A stretch of 64,000 bases of DNA, taken from positions 64,001 through 128,000 of IMG/VR virus record IMGVR_UViG_3300047560_001714; one strand, written 5' to 3'. The stretch is from a virus. Positions 58,101 through 64,000 of the stretch are shown here, piece by piece; the stretch's first letter is position 1, and every line of letters begins with the position of its first letter. A model generated the notes under the pieces. It saw only the letters and a list, made by a program, of their open reading frames with translations, was not told where the DNA came from and did not search any database. The position numbers were made by a program, and so were the translations under genes.

Positions 58101-61100
58101 TTAATTACAACGAAGCCATTTGTAAACGTGATGTCGGATATCTTATTGATGGTATGGCGATTGATTTGGTAACTGGTGGAACATGGCAATCTGTCTATGC
58201 TGGTAAAAGTTATTATAAGAACTCATCAGCAAAAGCTATCGCAATTGGGGTTCAGTTAACCGAAACGTTAGATGCAATCAACTATGCTAAAACGGTTGGT
58301 TTGCAGGTTTTAAATCAAACAACCGCCACTAGATACCAATCAATAGTTCCACAAGTATTCAACAACGCAAAAGCACCCTCATCTGATGCAAAAACCACGT
58401 TTAATACGAATATGTCAACTGTTATTAGCATTATTCAAAACGGAATTAGTGCTGCGCCTAGTCCATCGTTCGGAACAGGTATATGGAGTGTTGTATTTAC
58501 AAATGGTGGTAAAGGTTATGTTGATCAAGGTTCGCCTAGTAATAATGATATTATCCCTGCAAAGGTATTGATCGGTTTAACATCAAGCGCGTATGGTAGT
58601 ATTGTAAAATATCTTCGCAGTACTGGTGGTAATGGAATGGATACCATTCAATTACGCCTAACCAAACCTGGGTTCTTTACTCCTGGTGAACAACTAGAGT
58701 TTGGTGAAACCGTTCGTGATTTAAACATAACAATAATGCTTGAATCTGGTATCTATTATGAAGACTATCCTATCAAATTACCAGAAAATTGTTCTATTAA
58801 AGGTGATGATTTCCGTAGAACAATAATTAGACCACTTGACAGAATTAGTCAATCTCCTTGGCGGAAAGTATTCTTCTATCGTGATGCTGTTATCGACGGT
58901 CTTGAAATCGGTGTTGTTAATTACACTGGTACTAATTATGCCCCTAGTACATCTATTACAATCAGTGATAATGGTGATACCCCTAGTATAACATTAGGAA
59001 GTGGCCAAGTTCCATCGAGTTGGATTGGTAGAGTACTTGCAGATAATAATATATCTAATGGTAATGCTAAACGCGGTAAAGCTGTTATCAATTCCGTTAG
59101 TGGTAATGTTATGACTTGTTCGATAATATATCCATTTAGTTCGTTAGCTATTGCAGCTGGAAACTGGTCATTATTTGATAGTCTTAACTACGGTCGTCAT
59201 TATTTAAGTGACCCATCTGATGTAAACAGTACTGCATTAAATAACAAAGAAATAGACGTACTGTTATGTAACAACTCCACTAGAGTATGCGATATTACAT
59301 TCCAAGGACACGGTGGGTTTGCGATGGTACTTGATCCAAATGGCCAAGTAAAAACAAAATCACCATATGGTCAAGTTTGTTCTAGTTTTTCGCAAAGTAA
59401 TAATAGACATCGTTTCGCTGGTGGCCAATTGGTTGACGGGTTTACCGGTCGTCTTATTGGTAATATCGTTGATATCGCGGATAGTGGTATCACTGTTACT
59501 ATTCAAGGAACCACTCGCGCCACTGCGACGTATAGTTCTGGTGGGGTTGCATCTACGACTATGCAACTTACAAACGTATACAACACCATATTGGTTGGCG
59601 CAGTTGTATCTGGGTCTGGGTTTATATCAAACCAAACCGTTCTATCTGTAACACAAACTGGTACCACTGCGACTGTTGTATTGAGTGCTGTCGCAGACAG
59701 TACACCTAGTGGTACTTTAGTACTAGGCAAAGAGTCAGGTTTAGATATTAGACCGCCGCAACCACCTTGTGCATTTTATTTACACGGAAACAGATATCAA
59801 ATTAATGATGTTGTTAGTTTTGATGCATCAACCGCAACAGTTGTATTAACATTGGATACTGCCACACCATACAATGCGGCAGCTGCCTATAATAATACTA
59901 AGTGTTCTCGTGACGTTGGTTTAATATTAGACGCAATCACTTACGATCTTGTTCTTGGTTCAAACTTTAGAACCGTTAGAGCTGCAACATCATATTTGCG
60001 TTCATATTCAAGTGTTGTACCAAGTTCGCAAAAAATACAAACAATCGCCGGGGTTAATAAAACTAGAGATTTAGCAAATGCGTTAATAACCAGCAATACT
60101 TCTGCACAAGCGACTATTAAAGCATTGTCAGCAATCGTAACAGGGGTAATATTTGATGGTATTACTTATGCACCATCTTTAGTATATGCAAATCCAGTAG
60201 GTATTTCTGATACATCAAATATCGCAAAAGCAAAAAATATTTTAATTGCAAATAGAGCATTTATACAAAATGAAATTACCGCGTACATCTCGGCCACCTA
60301 TTCAATCAAATTAATCAATAGATATAACGTATTGACATGTCAACGTGACGTTGGCTTGGTCGTTGATGCTATGGTTTATGATTTATTTTATGGTGGAAAT
60401 AGTCAAACCAGAGATGCTGGTGAAGCATATTATGCTTCTGGTGTTAGTAGTATTTTTGGTGAAGAAACGTACACTGTTGCTGCATATGGGCGATTAAAAA
60501 CCGTTATACAACAAATTGTTGCTGGTACCACCGTAACAAAAACATATGGAAATACCGAAACACAAGTTACAACAAACGCACCGTCTAGTATTACATATAC
60601 AGCAACAGCGACAACTAGTGCAATTACCGCAATTGGTACTAAAATCATTACATGTACTAGTGTACCATCTAATATTGGGATAGGTTCACCGATTAGTGGT
60701 ACAAATATACCATCTAATAGCTATGTAATTGGTTTTACCGATACGACTATAACCATTTCTAATAATGTTACGACAGCGGTTGCATCAGGTGTAACATTAA
60801 CGATCAATGGGTCTTTTGCAACGACATTGGCGTCATTGAGTGATATATTAATCGATTATGTGGCAAATGGTGCATATGATACGACCAGTTATATACTATC
60901 ACAACCAATTGTTACCGGTCAAAGCAGTGGTTTAATAACCGCACAATCAACTATCCTTGCAGGCAAAGCTGGTATTCAAACAAGTGTAATTGATTTCTTA
61001 AATAAAGGCGGTGGTGTATCGATTAACATAGAAATGGGTGGTAATAAATCTATGTTAGCTAACGATTTTGCTATGGTCAATGACTTAGGCTATGCAATTT

Positions 61101-64000
61101 TAGCAACAAATGGTGGATTATCCGAACAGGTTTCGACATTCTCGTATTATTGTCACACCCATTACTGGGCAAACAACGGTGGACAAATTAGATCGGTTGG
61201 TGGATCAAACGCACACGGTTCTTATGGGTTGCGTTCATCTGGCTATGACGTTACTGAGTTACCAGATTCGGTTACATTAGCAAATAATTTACTACAGACC
61301 GCTAAAATATATAAACAAGGGTCAACCGCCACATATATGGTTGTTAACACTGACAAAACCCAAGTGGTATCGATCTGGATATACGGATATGAATATACTC
61401 CGACTAATTTATGTGAAATTGAAATAGATCATTCATTATATGGTGGTCCTATTGCTAGATATGGGGTTTCAACAATTGAGCATACCAATATTACTATTAA
61501 TGGCCAAAATGTTCTTAAAGTAAACTTTTCGTCAACTGGTATGGATGGTACAACTGTTACTGGGTTAGCAACTGACTTATATAATGGGCAATTGGTAACT
61601 ATTATTTCATTCCAAAGTGTTAAATGTTACAATATTGATAACGTTAGACCGACTCGTCCGTCAACCGCATTGCAATATACAGATAATCTTGGAAGTATTT
61701 ACCGTGTTATTTCTTATAATTTAACAGAATCAACCGGTGAAACCCTTCCAGCAAATATTGCTATTTTACAAACAGATGCTGGATTTAACTATTACCAATT
61801 ACTTACCGATACATCAAGTTTAACAGTTGTTGACCCAAATGATCCCTCAAAAACACAAGGTTCAAAAGTTGGTGACACTAAAATTGCGATAGTTGCAATT
61901 TCACAAAAAGCAATTATCGACCAAATTAACAAAGGTACATATATTACCGCGTGGAGTGGAAGAATCCATAAGATATCTAGCTACACTTTACCACAAGTTA
62001 TTGCAACCGGTACTTACTATAGTTGGAATAGTACAACTAAGGTTTTAGTTGTATCATCTGTGTATGGGGTAATAGAGGTCAATGATATCGTGGTTGGTTC
62101 TGGCATTACCGGCAACCCAACTGTTGTAAGCTCAACTTATGACTCTGAAACTCTTAGAACATCTGTTACCTTATCAACCGCATCAGGAATAACAACACCA
62201 AGTGGTTCTATTACGTTTGGTATATCCGCAAATGCATATATTTCAATTGAATCCACACCAATCGCAAATAATTCTGCCGATGGAACTGTTATATCAGCAC
62301 TTACACACAAAAGTACAGCAACACAATTAAATAGTTTGACCGCAAAAACGGTTACTTTTGATATACCATACAGTCAATACAACGTTGTACCAGCAATTGA
62401 CAGTTATGTTACAATTGCTAATAATGCAACGACCGCATTTAATGGAACTTATCAAGTTATCGGTAATATTAGTCAAACTGAAATAGCGGTATCCTCTGTT
62501 TCAACACTAGCCGTTGGTATGGTTATATTACCACCGTCTATTAGTGGGGTTACCGCAAGTGGAAACGGGACCTCTATAACCTTTACCTTTGCATCACAAG
62601 CATCAATGCCATTTGTTGTTGGCGGTTCAATTAAAGTTGCAGGTATTATTCCAACCGCATATAATGGTGTGTATACTATTACTGGTGTTAGCTCAACATA
62701 CATTACGGTTGCCGGAACCGTTGCTAGCTCAATAACACAAACTGGTATTATATCTGCACACGATGGGTATATTCCTGATAGTTGTATTATTCAATCAATT
62801 AATAGCTCAACTAACTCTTTTGTGGTTAGTCCAGCGTGCTGGGTGCCATCGAATACGGTGATCAATGCTATTTTATTAGCAACACTAAAAGATATTACTA
62901 TCGTAAATGGTGGTTCAAATTATTCTTCCACTATTCCACCAACTATTTCTATAACAGGTGGTGGTGCGTTAGTTAATGCCCAAGCAACCTGTGTGGTAAT
63001 TGATGGAACTATTTCAAAAATTGTTATAATTAGCACAGGGTATGGTTATACCAGCGTACCTGCGGTGGCGGTGGCTGGTAATGCTATCCTAACCGCTAGT
63101 ATAACAAATACCACGTCAACGACCTTAACCGCTAATAGTGGTATTAATACCACCGCCATTGCATTAAGTTATGCGAGTGACCCAGGTACATTTACACTTG
63201 GAAGTGGTGCAAACGTACTTACATTATCGGCGGCTAGTACGGTAACAACTGCTAATCCAGATGTGCCGGAATATCCATATTACGATGTTACATTTACCAC
63301 CACTGGAACCGCACAAACTGTCGGTAACTACTTCAGAATAACTGGTAATAATAATGCATTATACAATGGATTCTGGAAATGTACTGCAAGTGCAGCAAAC
63401 TCGTTGACATTACGCATGCCATTAGATCCAGGTAAGGCTGGTACAGCCACAGAAACCACAAATGCAACCGCATCTATGGCTACTTCTAGCATTGCTGGTA
63501 CAACCTTAACCATCGGTGGTGCTGTCACAGGCACGGTGGCTATTGGTATGTACTTAACAGGTGGTACTATCCCATCTGGAACTTATATTACTAGCGGTTC
63601 TGGCACAACATGGACTATTAACCAAAGTGTTACACAAGCATCAACAACGATAACTGGAACTAACAATCTAATTACGTTGGGGTCATCAAATGGTCTTTCG
63701 GTTGGTGATCAAATTATATTTACTGGAACATCATTTGGTGGTATAACAGCGTCAACCGTATATTATATCAGTGAGGTGGTATCATCAACACAGATATCTA
63801 TAACAACTAGTTCTACCACACCAGCAGCAAGTGCAAATGTCACATTAACAACAGCCACTGGAATTATGTCATTCTATACCAATAAAGCAAATTTTGGTCA
63901 TACCTATACGGTATCGTCATTTGCTAGTAAAACTGGTACAGGACCATACTTAGTTACGTTAAATATTCCAACTGTGGTTACACCAATATTAGTTGGAAGT
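55184..64000 (+). CDS. Giant virion structural protein, over 2939 aa, runs off the window end
   Basis: GAGG Shine-Dalgarno; [31 protein letters not shown]; internal KCQRD/CSRD repeats; T/S/G-rich; frame open at 64000 and no in-frame terminated ORF in the track. Confidence 0.82.
   Translation, partial: [2939 protein letters not shown]

Noticed and set aside
55357-63534. Many short minus- and plus-strand ORFs
   Set aside because: Shadows of the giant ORF in another frame

Overview
AT-rich, mostly + strand segment of a large (jumbo, T4-like) tailed phage. A full-length pmoC points to a gammaproteobacterial (Methylococcaceae-type) methanotroph host. Contents in order: an amidoligase-domain gene, a ~560-nt ORF-free structured region, tRNA clusters (16 tRNAs, 4.0-15.5 kb), a TROVE/Ro60-like (DUF2828-type) gene, and a tRNA-metabolism block (Pth2, YqeY, phosphoesterase, Rnl1-like RNA ligase). 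These are followed by modification enzymes, IF-1, ClpP, DNA ligase, pmoC, a repeat-fused SF2 helicase, UvsE, seven radical SAM genes and a giant virion protein running off the window end. The most notable observation is a family of 13 (+1 variant) intergenic elements among the tRNAs. They share a covarying 7-bp closing stem, a conserved CAGCA motif and a terminal G, and many enclose circularly permuted tRNA bodies (YrlA-like) or anticodon stem-loops. A minimal copy lies in the 5' leader of the Ro60-like gene, suggesting a phage Ro60-like protein with an expanded Y-like tRNA-mimic RNA repertoire. All calls are from reading motifs and base pairing by eye; no searches were run.
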